A stretch of DNA of 64,000 nt from a virus: IMG/VR virus record IMGVR_UViG_3300031772_000014, positions 1 through 64,000 of that record. One strand, given 5' to 3'. A model generated the notes under the pieces. That model had not been told where the DNA came from. It worked only from the letters and a program-made list of their open reading frames with translations, and ran no database searches. Positions 9,288 through 20,600 of the stretch are shown here, piece by piece. Position numbers and translations under genes: made by a program. Position 1 is the stretch's first letter. Each line of letters opens with the position of its first letter.

Positions 9288-10007
9288 ATGAATGGCGCCA
9301 AACAGAAGCGTGAGACCGGAGAGCTCGTAACCCAAACGGAGGCCGCGAAGCTACTGGGCGTGCCTCCGAAAGCCGTCCTTCGCTTGATTGAAAGGGGAAT
9401 CCTGGAGCCTGTAGCCCAGCGAGGGACCAAGAGGTGGTTCGACCTTCGAGACGTTTCCGCCGCTTCAGATGCCCTCGAGCAGAAGCTCAGCTTCGCAGGA
9501 ATCCTCGAGACGAGCGTACGTGCTCACACGGCCGCTACCAGGGTCGAACGCAAGATCAACGCCCTCATGGAGTTCTTCGGGATGGAGACACTTCAGCCAC
9601 AACCCACGAAGCCACAGGTCGAGGCTCACTTCGCCCAAGGTGACCGACTGGCCCTTGGGAGCGAGTCGCTATCCCCAGCGGACATGATGCGCTGGGCGAA
9701 GATCATCATGCGGATCGACAGCTCTTACCTGACCCTCGTGGGGCACTACCTCAAGAAGAAGGAACCATGGGTGGTCTTCCTTCTGGGAACCGACCGAGCA
9801 CTCAGGGCGGTCCCCATCGAGCAGATGCAGGACGACCCCGACACCGTGATGGCCGTCTCAATGCTCTCGTACGCGAGAAAGTGCCTGGTGGGTGAGGCGT
9901 ACATCTACTGCCGGTTCACGCTCGGAAGGCAGAAGGCCGACATCAAGTTCCCCGACAACGCTCGAGGAGAGATGAACGACATCATCGGGGCCCTTCTTCG
10001 TTCGTAA
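9288..10007 (+). CDS. HTH (MerR/excisionase-like) DNA-binding protein
   Basis: N-terminal VTQTEAAKLLGVPPKAVLRLIERGILEP..RWF winged-HTH pattern; AAGGA RBS. Confidence 0.65.
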   Translation: MNGAKQKRETGELVTQTEAAKLLGVPPKAVLRLIERGILEPVAQRGTKRWFDLRDVSAASDALEQKLSFAGILETSVRAHTAATRVERKINALMEFFGMETLQPQPTKPQVEAHFAQGDRLALGSESLSPADMMRWAKIIMRIDSSYLTLVGHYLKKKEPWVVFLLGTDRALRAVPIEQMQDDPDTVMAVSMLSYARKCLVGEAYIYCRFTLGRQKADIKFPDNARGEMNDIIGALLRS

Positions 10008-11834
10008 CCCCTGCCAGAGGGGTCCCGTGTACATCGACTGGATGCCACCTCGATGCTGATCCTCTCGGAGAGGCGCGATGACGTCGGGCCGAGGGAAGCG
10101 GATCATCGAAGCCAGGAAGCAGTAGAGCACCGAGTGGAATGCATCGTCGGTTCGATCCTGCCGGTGGTTGTACTGCGTGATCCTGAGCTGCTCGTTGTAC
10201 TCCGAGAAGATGTTCGTGAAGTCCTTCCCGTAAGGCTCCTGGAACTCCTCCCACCTCGGAAGTTCGAGGACGTTCCCACGCTTGATGGCGTTGAAGATGT
10301 CGCTCATGACCTCGCTCCGGGCGACCTTGTACCGGCGGAACTTCTGGTCGTACTCGACCTTCTTCCGGATGCGCTGCATGTACTGAAACTTCGCCAGGCG
10401 CTGCGGCCCGAACTTCCGGGTGATGATGTCGTTCATGTGGAAGCCGCCGCCGTAGTCGGCTCCGATGATCATCACCTTGAACTTCTCGAGGATGTTGAGG
10501 ATGAGCTCCGTTTGGTACGGGATCTCCAGCTCCTGTCCCTCGAAGCGGTGGATGTAGAAGATCCTGAACGTGTTCCCCACCGCGTAAGTCCCGAGGCTGA
10601 TCACCGTGTAGCTGTTCTCACCGGTGCCCCAGTCGATGCCAGCGAAGACCGGGTTCTGGTACCCCGGGGGCTCGTACTTGGACATGCCTTCGTCCGTCAT
10701 CGTGGACTGCGCGTTGCAGCAAGCCTGGACCTGAGCGCTGCTAAGCGGACGTAGACCAGAGTCGAATGAAAGACCCAAGACCTCGTTGAAGAACTTGTCC
10801 CGTGGGTAGCGGCGGTAGTCGAGCGTGATCTCTTCCCATGGCTTCCAAGGAACCATGAGCTGGGAGATCCGGTAGCTCTCGAAGACCGCGTCCGGGCTCG
10901 CGTGCGCCCACGCGGCATCGGCGTGCTGGGGGAAGATCTGCTTCCCGCACTTCTCGCAGATGAGCGAGTCCTTCCCGATGTTGCGCTCACCGAGGATGTT
11001 CCAGAAGCGCCCCGCCCCGCCCTTGACGGTGGACCCGCAGGAGTCACAGGGGACCGCCCACTCCCCCTGAGTGGACATCGCCTGCCCTCGAGCCACGCCA
11101 GAACGGTAGAACTCGATGTTGTTGTCGAGGCTCTTCGGGGTGCCGGCGTAGATGAACTGCTTCAGGTTCTCGGGGGCGTGGCTGGTACACTGCTCGATGA
11201 CGGGGATGTTGTCCGAGAGAAGGTCTTGGAACTCATCGCACTCCAGCATGTACGCCGGGATACCTCGGGTTCGGTCGGCGTTCAGGAAGGCGTTGCGGAG
11301 CGTGATCTTGGAGAAGTTGTTGAACTGCTTCTCGAAGATGTTCTGCGCCATCATGTGGGCCGCGAAGGACTTCAACGTCGGGCTCGTCTCGATGGGCTCC
11401 TTGATTCGGTCGTTCGAGAACGTCTTCGTCTGGGTGCTCGTCGGGGAGACGTAGAGCGTCTTGTACCCAGGGATGAGGCACGAGAGCGAGACGGCCTTGT
11501 TCCCGAGGAAGGTCGACTTCTCAACCTGTCGAGCGCAGAAAAGAAAGATGCGCCGCGCCGGCGTGTTGTAGATCGGGATCATGTGCCGACGACCCTCGAA
11601 CGAGAAGTTCTCGTACGAGAGACCATCGGTCGTGGGCATCCTGAAAGCGAACTCAGTGAAGTGCGAAAGCATCACTGAAGCAGGAGGCTCTTCCTTCCTC
11701 TTCCCTCGAGGAATGAAGAAGGGGTTTACCTTCTGGTGCCTCCACTCGGAAGGAAACCACTCGGTGAAAGAAGCCGAATCCTCCGAGTCGTCCGTGTCTT
11801 CCAGGTCTGCTTTACTGAACGTCGCATCGTCCAT
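10005..11834 (-). CDS. Terminase large subunit (ends at TTA)
   Basis: Walker A-like ARQVEKST, Walker B DEFQD, GTPK motif III, CxxC pairs, and nuclease motifs AGIDWG and DDAFHS. Start is uncertain (11834, 11870 or 11912). Confidence 0.85.
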
Positions 11835-11868
11835 GTATTCAAACCCACCTAGGTATCCCGAGCTAGTC

Positions 11869-12159
11869 ATGTTCCCACCAAAGTCTACCGAGGATCCCAC
11901 AGAAGCCGTCAAAGGGCTCTGGGAAAGTATCTCGAGGGCTGGCGGTCATCTCAGCGACCAGGCCATCAGCGAACCCACCGAGCATGGGATGAAGTTCGTG
12001 ATCCGACTTGCTGAAGCCTTCACGGAAGACGGAAAGAGGTACGCCTTCGGGTTCATGAAAGCGTACCTCTTGGAGTGCGGGTGGAGGGCCAGCCGCATGA
12101 AGGTGGAGGCGAACGGCTACGTGACGTTCGAGGTCAGACCGGCCTCGAGGGCACGGTAG
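11869..12159 (+). CDS. Small hypothetical protein
   Basis: MFPPKSTED..., 96 aa. Fills the gap between two minus-strand genes and has protein-like composition. Confidence 0.45.
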   Translation: MFPPKSTEDPTEAVKGLWESISRAGGHLSDQAISEPTEHGMKFVIRLAEAFTEDGKRYAFGFMKAYLLECGWRASRMKVEANGYVTFEVRPASRAR

Positions 12160-12518
12160 AACTTGTCCACGAAGGCGTCGGCATCGAGGACGTGATCGTA
12201 CCCACGAGCGATGAGGTACCAGGAGTCGAGCTCGTAGTCCTTGATGTACTCCGCCGAGAGGCGGTCCTGCCCGGCGGCGAAGTGCTTCTGGGCGACCGGG
12301 TCCATCACCGCGGGGAAGACCTTGAACCAGTAGCGGTTGTCCGCTTCCTCGGGCCGGAAGAAGTGAAACACCAAGTCCCGGTTGATCATCCGGTGCTCCG
12401 CGATGAAGCCCTTCCGTGCCTCCTTCCTGAATACACGGGCCTCGACTTCCTTGTCCCCGTCCCCGGAGATCAGATCTTTCGCGATACCGCGTCCCTTTGC
12501 CATGTCCAGGTCAGCCAT
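12117..12518 (-). CDS. Hypothetical protein
   Basis: MADLDMAKG... after a GAGG RBS, overlapping the upstream stop. Confidence 0.6.
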   Translation of the reverse strand: MADLDMAKGRGIAKDLISGDGDKEVEARVFRKEARKGFIAEHRMINRDLVFHFFRPEEADNRYWFKVFPAVMDPVAQKHFAAGQDRLSAEYIKDYELDSWYLIARGYDHVLDADAFVDKFYRALEAGLTSNVT

Positions 12519-13488
12519 CTTCCTCTTCCCTTCTCCCGATGCTTCCAGGAGGTTCTTCTTGTGGAGCAGCGAGATCAGTCGAGTGGTTGCCACCCGTCAC
12601 AAGCTTCAAGGTTCTGATGGGTTCCGTGCTGTGCTTGATCTGGATGGCCTGGAGCTTCTTGCTCAAGGAGGTAGCTTCCTCCTGCATGGTCTCGGACATC
12701 TCCTTGGCCATCTTCGCGGCTCCGATCAACGAGTGAACCTCTGCGCCCATCATCGGCATCCCCTTGCCGAGGGTCACGTAGGCAGCCGCGAGAGCACCCT
12801 GATGCAACCCCGCGTAGACCTCTTTCATGTCTTCCATCTCTGCTGGGAAGCCCATCTGGATCTGCGAGACCAGGGCGGTGATCCTGTTCTGAGGAAGAGT
12901 CGACGAGATGTACCGTGGGTCTCGGTACTTGTTCCGGTTGCCGATCTTGATGAACTGCTCGCGCTCCGCCGCGGTGAGGCCGCTGGGTAGCTGGAGGTGG
13001 CGCATCTCGCAGAGCTCAACCATCTCCCGGCTGTCCACCAAGCTCTTGTCCCAGAAGAGGCTCTCGTACCTCTCCACGGATTCCTTCGGGAGGTCGCGGA
13101 AGATCCCCTTGGACATGCGGATGTAAAGCGCAATGTGCTCGGGGCTGGCATTGTTGTTGAGCATGGCCTCGACCAGCTCCTTCTGGCGAGGGTGCGCCAG
13201 GATTTGGTGCGTGTAGTCGAGGGTCTTCTTGGAGCGTTCATCCAGGATGAACATGTCCAGGATCTCCAGCTTCAAGAGGAACTCACGCGTGGGGCGGTGA
13301 CGTTCCACATCTCGAAGCTGGAGAGGGAACCCCGCCTGGCATTCCTCGCGCAGGCGGGAGATGTACTCCAAGCTCACGAAGAGCAAGTCGAGCTGGGTCA
13401 TCAGCTCCTTGATCTGCTCGTTCGTGTACTGGTTCGAGCAGACCAGGAGGAAGCGGATGTACCTCTCTGAGGGACTACGCCGTACCAT
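12511..13488 (-). CDS. Hypothetical helical protein (terminase small subunit candidate by position only)
   Basis: About 325 aa, upstream of the terminase large subunit. No diagnostic motif recognised. Confidence 0.5.
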   Translation of the reverse strand: MVRRSPSERYIRFLLVCSNQYTNEQIKELMTQLDLLFVSLEYISRLREECQAGFPLQLRDVERHRPTREFLLKLEILDMFILDERSKKTLDYTHQILAHPRQKELVEAMLNNNASPEHIALYIRMSKGIFRDLPKESVERYESLFWDKSLVDSREMVELCEMRHLQLPSGLTAAEREQFIKIGNRNKYRDPRYISSTLPQNRITALVSQIQMGFPAEMEDMKEVYAGLHQGALAAAYVTLGKGMPMMGAEVHSLIGAAKMAKEMSETMQEEATSLSKKLQAIQIKHSTEPIRTLKLVTGGNHSTDLAAPQEEPPGSIGRREEEDG

Positions 13489-13489
13489 G

Positions 13490-15736
13490 TCAGTTCTGCT
13501 GGAAGGCAATCATCTTGAGGCCGTCGATGGTCTCCTCAAGAGAGCGGATGCAGCGTTCGACGGCGTACTCGGGGATCTCCCGAACGCCCATGCGGGATGC
13601 GATGAGCAGCTCACACAGGTGCTCCTGAGCCTCGTTCAAGGCTGGCAGGTAGGACACGAACGCCATGAGGTTCTCGGGGTTCAGGAACCCGAGGCTCAGC
13701 ACGGCATCCACCGCCATGGGATCCGGGATCACCGCGGCCTCTTTGGTGAGGTCGTGGCGAACCGGAGTCCGTGCGGCGACCTTGCTGAAAGATGCACGGG
13801 CGTCCTGCATGCGGTCTTCGTAGCTCTGGATTGCTCGAGCGACCTTCACGGAGACCGGGCGACCTTCCGAGATCGACTGCCCGAGCTTCGCCATCGCGTA
13901 GCTGGGAGCCACCCCCAGACCCGCTAGGACGAAGAGCGCCTGGTCGAGGTTGACCATGCTCTTTTCGGAGGACGCGACCTTCGACAAGGACGCCCCATCG
14001 ATGGAGAACACGCCGGCGTCGGAACCACGGACCACCACCTCAGCCAGGATGGAGTGCGCCGCGGCTTCCTTGCTGAACTCCTCCGGGTGGCTCGCCAACG
14101 AGACCTGCTCGGTCTCATCGAGCGGCATCCACTCGAAGTTCTCGGGGACGATGAGGGTGCCCTCGTCCACCTGCGTGACCTTCCGAACTCCAGGCTGCTG
14201 GAGGATCTCCACGGTGGTCCCATCCATGAGCTCCGCCATGAGCCCGACCCCGCGGTCCCCACGGGACTCGCCCTTCAGGGCCGCCTTGACGTGCATTGGC
14301 ACCATGGCCTGAAGACGACCATTCGGGAGGGTCTCGACGAACGTCCCATACCCGCGGGGATGTCCGGTCATGAAGTTGGCCCCGGTGCCCGCGTGGACGC
14401 CGACGATCTCCCCCTGAAGGGCGGTCTGGGACCCGTTCGTGAACAGAGCCAGGGGCACCGAGGCGCCCGTCACGTCGATGAGGTTCGGGAACACGTACCC
14501 GATGATGTGCGCGCCCTTCTCGTCCTGGACCTTGTAGATCCCAAAGTCTTTGATGAGCTCCGGGTGATCCCCCTCGGGATCGTCCGCGCTCACCTCGACA
14601 TCGCCCATCGTGGCCCCGCCGGTCTTGTCGATGGCCAGCGCCATCTCGGGGCCCACGATGCCCACGAGCTGCCCGCGGTCCACCATCTTCTCCACGGGCG
14701 CCCAAGCGAGGTGGCTCGCGGTCTTCACGCAGTACCCGCCGGCCGTCTTGTTGATCTGGATCACCGAAGGCTTGATCCCCGCCGCGTAGCTCGCCATCTT
14801 CTCGCGAGGATTCGACGGCTCGTACCCCGAGAGGGAGTTGAGCGCCGGCTGCGTGGCGTTCTTGTTGGCCACGTACGCGGCCTTCATGAGCGGGGAGGAC
14901 ACCTGCCCGATGAAGCGGTCGAAGTCCGTGGCGTGGATGCTTGGCAGGATGCTGCCCAGAATGCCCCAACCCGCGTGCTTCTTCTTCAAAGAAGCGTTGC
15001 TGTTCACCGCGGCATCAACAGCATCTTCGGGGTGTCGACCGTACAGGTGCACGGTGCCCTTCTGCGTCGTCGCCGACCCATCACGCATCGTCCGCGCCAC
15101 GTTCTCGGCGGTGTGGCCCGGCGGTCCTCCCTTGCTTGCCTTACGGGCCGCCATCTCTCCGAAGTCCTCTGCCTTCACGACCCCAGACTTGAGAGCACGC
15201 TGCCACGCAGCCGAGCCTTCCTTGCCCATGCCGGCGCTGACCGTCGAGCCACCGCCGCCGAAGCCGTTGTTCTGTCGGTACGGCGGGTAGAGGGTCGAGA
15301 TGATGCTCTGGTCGCCGGGCGTCCTCGAGGTCACATCGAACATCTGCGGGCGGAAGAGCGCCAGGCGCAGACGCTTCTCGTTCAGGGGGAGCATCTTCGA
15401 GTCCTCCGTGACGAGCGTGTCGAAGGGCTTCATCTTCCCCTCGCGGATGATGATCGGGATGCGGACGTGGTGGATGCCTCCCACCTGCTCGCCGGCGGAG
15501 CCGGGGCCGCTCTGGATCTCGGTCTTGTTGCCGATCTCCACGTGCCCGAACCCGAAGGCTCGCTCGGCGTCGATGCGGTCCATCACGACGTCGGGGCTGA
15601 AGTCGGCCACGTACGGGTGCTGCTTGTAGAGCTCCTGGAGCACTTCGTTCTGCCACTGGTTCGGGTCTTCGGGCAGGGTGACTTCCGCGGCGGAGACCTT
15701 CTCGAAGTCGAGCTGGGAGTCGATGAACAGGTCCAT
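13490..15736 (-). CDS. Large K-x-A motif virion protein
   Basis: 748 aa with a GGAG RBS. Contains EKMAS, VKTAS, SKEAA, SKVAS, SKVAA and TKEAA. Confidence 0.6.
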   Translation of the reverse strand: MDLFIDSQLDFEKVSAAEVTLPEDPNQWQNEVLQELYKQHPYVADFSPDVVMDRIDAERAFGFGHVEIGNKTEIQSGPGSAGEQVGGIHHVRIPIIIREGKMKPFDTLVTEDSKMLPLNEKRLRLALFRPQMFDVTSRTPGDQSIISTLYPPYRQNNGFGGGGSTVSAGMGKEGSAAWQRALKSGVVKAEDFGEMAARKASKGGPPGHTAENVARTMRDGSATTQKGTVHLYGRHPEDAVDAAVNSNASLKKKHAGWGILGSILPSIHATDFDRFIGQVSSPLMKAAYVANKNATQPALNSLSGYEPSNPREKMASYAAGIKPSVIQINKTAGGYCVKTASHLAWAPVEKMVDRGQLVGIVGPEMALAIDKTGGATMGDVEVSADDPEGDHPELIKDFGIYKVQDEKGAHIIGYVFPNLIDVTGASVPLALFTNGSQTALQGEIVGVHAGTGANFMTGHPRGYGTFVETLPNGRLQAMVPMHVKAALKGESRGDRGVGLMAELMDGTTVEILQQPGVRKVTQVDEGTLIVPENFEWMPLDETEQVSLASHPEEFSKEAAAHSILAEVVVRGSDAGVFSIDGASLSKVASSEKSMVNLDQALFVLAGLGVAPSYAMAKLGQSISEGRPVSVKVARAIQSYEDRMQDARASFSKVAARTPVRHDLTKEAAVIPDPMAVDAVLSLGFLNPENLMAFVSYLPALNEAQEHLCELLIASRMGVREIPEYAVERCIRSLEETIDGLKMIAFQQN

Positions 15737-15749
15737 GATGGAATCTCCG

Positions 15750-16379
15750 TCAGATTGGGAAGTTGGGGGCGAACATGAACTGAAAGGCGCCTACGGCGGC
15801 CGGGGCCTTGGTGACTACCATGACACCATACGTGATGTCGGGAGGGTTGAAACCATCGGCCGGATAGGACGGGTACCCGACGATCTGCCCAAGGGCATTC
15901 ACGAAAGGTTGCCCGGACCATCCGTACAAAGCGCAGCCACCCAAAGAAAGGGCCGCTTGAAGTTGAGCCAGGAAGTTGATGCCCGCCAATCGTATCCCGA
16001 GGGACAGGTCTATGAGAAGATTGATGCCGCCGATCTTCAGCAAGAGAGCCGCCGCGAGGGCGATGTTGACCGATACCTGGATGCTGATCGGAGGGATCCC
16101 GATGGCCAGGGAAGCCTGCAAGGCCGCGATGACGGAGATGCTCGCCGCGATGGCCATCTTCAGCGCCGTCAGGGGATCCCCGAAGGCAATCGAGATCCCG
16201 ATGGAGGCGTTGAACTGCGCGACCAGATCTGCCTTCAAGGGACCGAGCCCGAACGCCCCTGCGAGCATGAGCTGAATCTGGGCGAGTAGCGGGGGCAACG
16301 CGAGCGAAGCCTGGAGAGCCCCGGACACGCAGGCCGATAGGGGAACAGGACCAGCAAGTTTAGCGAAAGGAGTGGGCAT
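15750..16379 (-). CDS. Hydrophobic Ala/Leu-rich structural protein
   Basis: MPTPFAKLAG... starts 2 nt after the upstream TTA. Confidence 0.55.
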   Translation of the reverse strand: MPTPFAKLAGPVPLSACVSGALQASLALPPLLAQIQLMLAGAFGLGPLKADLVAQFNASIGISIAFGDPLTALKMAIAASISVIAALQASLAIGIPPISIQVSVNIALAAALLLKIGGINLLIDLSLGIRLAGINFLAQLQAALSLGGCALYGWSGQPFVNALGQIVGYPSYPADGFNPPDITYGVMVVTKAPAAVGAFQFMFAPNFPI

Positions 16380-16381
16380 CG

Positions 16382-17698
16382 TAAGGCCATGACAGCCGGA
16401 TTGCCGGTCGTGATTGAACCAACCGCCGGGGTCGCAATCGTGATGACGCCCGTGAAAGGCGAACCGTTCAAGAGCCCAGATACCTGCGCGACCGGGATCA
16501 CGATGGCCACGCTGTCGCCCATACGGGCCACGGGCTGCGTGCCTGACCCAAGACGAATCTGATCTCCAGATACCTCCGTGAGCGCTTGCCCGCCCACGAC
16601 CATGCTGGTCTTGGCCTTCAACTCTGCGTTGTCGAACGCCAAGGAGAGGCTGCCGGCACCCTTGAGCGAGAGACCCTTCTTGAAGTCGATCACGCACCCG
16701 CCCTCGGACCTGATGAAGACCCCGCCGGCCCGGTCCATGATGAAGTGCATGGTCATCTGCTTGGCCACCGCGGGGTTCGCCAGGTCTCCGGTACCGGCCT
16801 TGAAGCCACCTGGCGCGATGACGACCTCCATGACGACCGGGGCCGTGGTCCCGATACCGGCGTTCTGGAGGTCGCTCGTCGAGTCACCGAAGAACGTGCT
16901 CCCTACCTTGGGTGGCTCCGTGACGGGGTTGAGGACCTTGCCCTTCGCGATGCGGATGTCGCAGAACTGATCGTTGGCGAAGAGCCGATAGGTCTCCATG
17001 TGCTGTGCGGCCGGGTTGTCGATGGATGGTCCTTCCTGGATCCCCCACTTGATGGCCCCGCCCACGTTCTGGTGCTCGTAGTCCCCGGACACGTCGAAGA
17101 TCTTGTTCGCGAGCGGGATGTAGATGCGCTGCGCCAAGCTCGAGCCGCCGATCTGAAGAACGCCGCCTCGATGAAGGATGACGAAGTTCCCGTCACGTCC
17201 CTTCATGAACACGTCGCCCGGCTTTATCTCCGGCCTACCGCCATCGAAGCGGGCGTCGTTATGCGGGAACTCCACCTTGCCGCTGCGGGAGCGTGTGCCC
17301 TGCGGGGCGTCGGTACCGGTCAGGTCACCCTGGTCCACGAGCTGATTGCTCTTGATGGACGTCGTGATGGCATCGTCAGGATTCCCGAGCGGCTTGGACG
17401 TGTTGCCAGCCTGCTGCATCGGCATGATGAACGAGTTCACGAACGGCGGAGACGAATCGCTGGGGATGCACACGAAGCACACCGCACCGACGTCAGGCAT
17501 CACGAAGATGCCCTCACCGCTGTTGTAGTGCATGTACGGCGAGCTGACCTGGATGTCGTAGTAGTAGTGCCGGTCGAACTGCGAGATGCAGTCCACGGTG
17601 TAGTTCACCAGGTTCACGTTCATGACCCGGCACTGGACCATCTTCGACGGTCGCTGCCCTTCCGACCGGCCACCGCCACCATCATACCTACGCGTCAT
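16382..17698 (-). CDS. Baseplate hub/spike protein (gp5/VgrG-like; ends at TTA)
   Basis: N-terminal OB-fold-like 'MPDVGAVCFV', beta-rich C-terminal part, and PAAR-like end PVARMGDSV...GSITTGNPAVMA followed by TTA. Confidence 0.65.
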
Positions 17699-20600
17699 AA
17701 GTACACGTGGGAGGGCACGACGTTTTCGCCCTTGGCGTTGCGAGCAAGCCGAGGAAGACCGAACTCAGCCCCGTAGACCACGCCAGGAATCGGATGGGCT
17801 CCGTGGATGCTGGAAACCATCCCCGTCGCGGCAGCTTCCGAGATGGTCGTACGGAGACGTTGATGCTGAAGGCGGGCCATCCAATCATCATGCAGAGACA
17901 AGGGGAGCATGTCGACTCCCATGAGCACTGGGCTGTGCAGGATCTGACCCTTGCCACCGGTCTTCAAGTCTCGGTTCATCTGGTTGATCACAGACGTCGG
18001 ATAGAACTCTCCCCGCATCAAGTGCGGGTGGTCGCCAGGATCTTCCACCTTCGTGATGTTCGACATCGCACGAACCATGACCTCTATGGCGCGTCGACGA
18101 ACACCTTCAGCCTTGTAGAGATCGTGGATCTCATCGGCCAGATGGTTCTGTACGTGGTCCATGCTCTTGGTCGCCTTGTAGAGATCGTGCGGGTTCACGA
18201 CCGTACGAAGCGGATCTGACAAGGAGCGCCCTGCCTCCACGTGCATCCCCACGGTCGGTGGCGTCCACAGGGCCTGACCCTTCGGCGGAATGGCTCCTGG
18301 AAGATTGATGTGAAGGTCCAGACCATTGTCGTCCTTGCCGACGAAGTGCGATGTGCCGCCGACCCAGATGCGCGTACCCGTGGACTCCTTGTCGATCTTG
18401 TCGATCTTCCCAGAGGCCATCGAGACCGTGGCGGAGTTCGGGATCTTCTTGTGCAGCTTCGTGAGCTGCTCGAAGCGAGCGAAGGAGTTCACGGCCTTTG
18501 AGCCGCCGCCAGACTCAGCAACGCCTCCCGTGTGGAAGAGCTTCAGGGTGAGCTGCACCGCCCGCTCCCCAACCGCGTGCGCGGCCTGGATGCCCACGTT
18601 GGTACCGAACTGGTGCTCCTCCCCATCGACAGAGGGCCCCATGCACTTCTGGCAGATCCCTTTCGGGCTGTCGCACTTCAGCGGACTTCGCACCAGCACC
18701 TTGGCGTTCTTGTCCACCGCACGCATCTGACCCACCAGGTCCGGGGTGACCAGCGTCCCCGCGGGGATGTGGAGCCCACCGGACCTGAAGTCTGCTGCGA
18801 GGTGCCGGTCATGCACGTCATGCTCGGAGAGCGCCATCGAGATGCCCTTCGAGGTCCCGCAGTCGTGCTTGTCGATCATGAGGTTCATCGAGGTGTTCAT
18901 CAAGAGTTTCGACATCGCGCCGGGCTCCTGGACCTCCTGGACCTTCATGACGGTTCCTCGACGAGCTCCGTGGAGCTGCGTCCAGTACTCCCCTAGGTCG
19001 AGACCTTCCGCGTAGCTGTTCTTGATCGGAACCGGGATGTTCTGGCTCTTGGAGTCCTTCATGATGAGCGGGGACATCACCATCTGCTTGTACTGGTCCC
19101 AGCTCGGCTTGGTCCCGGCGGCGGCCATCATGAACAAGTTCGAGGGGTTCTTCTTCGCCTCCTCCTTGTGCTGCGTCTGCATGTCCTCGCCGGCCTTGAG
19201 CCAGACGTTCACGGACTGCCGGTCCTTATCCTTCTCGTTGATGGTCTTGCTGCCGTTGATGGCATCCACCTTCGTCTGCGCGGCCTTGAGGATGGGGTCC
19301 CTGACCGAACGGATGGGATCGAAGTCCTTCAGGCTGAGCGAGTGCGTCCCGATGGAGAGGTGCTTGTCGGGGATGAGGTTCGTCTTGATGATCCCGTACG
19401 AGGCGTCGTACCCCAAGTCCTTCACGTCGTTGATGACTCGACCGAAGTCATGCCGGTGATCTTTGCCCAGGGTATCGAGCATGGTCACCAACCCCTTCTT
19501 GTCCACCTGGAAGTCCAAGTCATGCAGAATCTTGTTCTGCATCGGCTTCGGGAGGATGTTCGCCAAGAGCACGCGACCAGCCGTCGTCTCCTTGCCATTC
19601 AGGTGCACGATGTCCGTGTAGTCAATCTTGCCCGTGTGCAGGGCAGAAACGACCGATGCGTGGTCGGCGAACTTCTTGTCCGTCTTCTTGTCCGTCCGCG
19701 AAAGCTTGTAGAGACCCAGAGCAGACTCCAACGTGGGGCGGTACATGACCTCCCCGGAGGACTCGCTGAAGATGTTCTTCGTCGGGTACATCCTCTCGGC
19801 TTCCTTCACGGCCTCGTGGCTGATGGGGACGTAGACCGACATCGCGTCTCCGTCGAAGTCAGCGTTGAAACCACCCGTCACGAGAGGGTGGATCTTGATG
19901 GCGCTGCCTTCGACCGTCTTCGCCTTGAACGCCTGGACGGAGTACTTGTGCAGCGCAGGGTCACGCTTCAAGATGACGGGGCGCTCGCTCATGACCTGGT
20001 CGAGAGCTTTCCAGACCATCGGGTCCTTCTTCCCACGGTGCACCTCAGACAGCTTCTCCTGGGCATCGAGGGTGTGCGCGGCCGTGCCTTGCTGCACAAG
20101 CTGTCGAACCACGAACGGACGAAAGAGCGTGAGAGCGGCTTCCCTGGGAAGACCAACCTCGTCGAGCCCAAGGTTCGGCTCTGGGACGATGGTGGAGCGC
20201 ATGGTCATGTCCTGCTTGCGCTGCGCCAACGTCTTCTGGAAGTAGCCTTCCTTCGGCTGAGAGCCGGCAATAACCTCGAGGATGCCCTTCTCCTTCTTGT
20301 CCTTGTTCACGCTCCCGATGCCCATGATGGCTTTCACGCCGTCGTAGTAGGAGGTGCGCTGCTCTACCTTCCCCGCATCCGTGAGGTTCTTGGAGAGGAT
20401 GGGATCCTTGAGCTTGGTGTTGATCTGCGCGAACTTCATGTAGAGGCCGTTGATGTCCTCGTACTTGATGGCTCCCTGCTCCATCTGATTGATGGGACGG
20501 GTGTTCGGCGGCATCACGGGCAGGTTGTGGAGGATGTACGCCTCAGAGGGCTTCATCCCCAAGTCCTTGAGGACCGTGAGGTACTTCACTTTCTTGAGCG

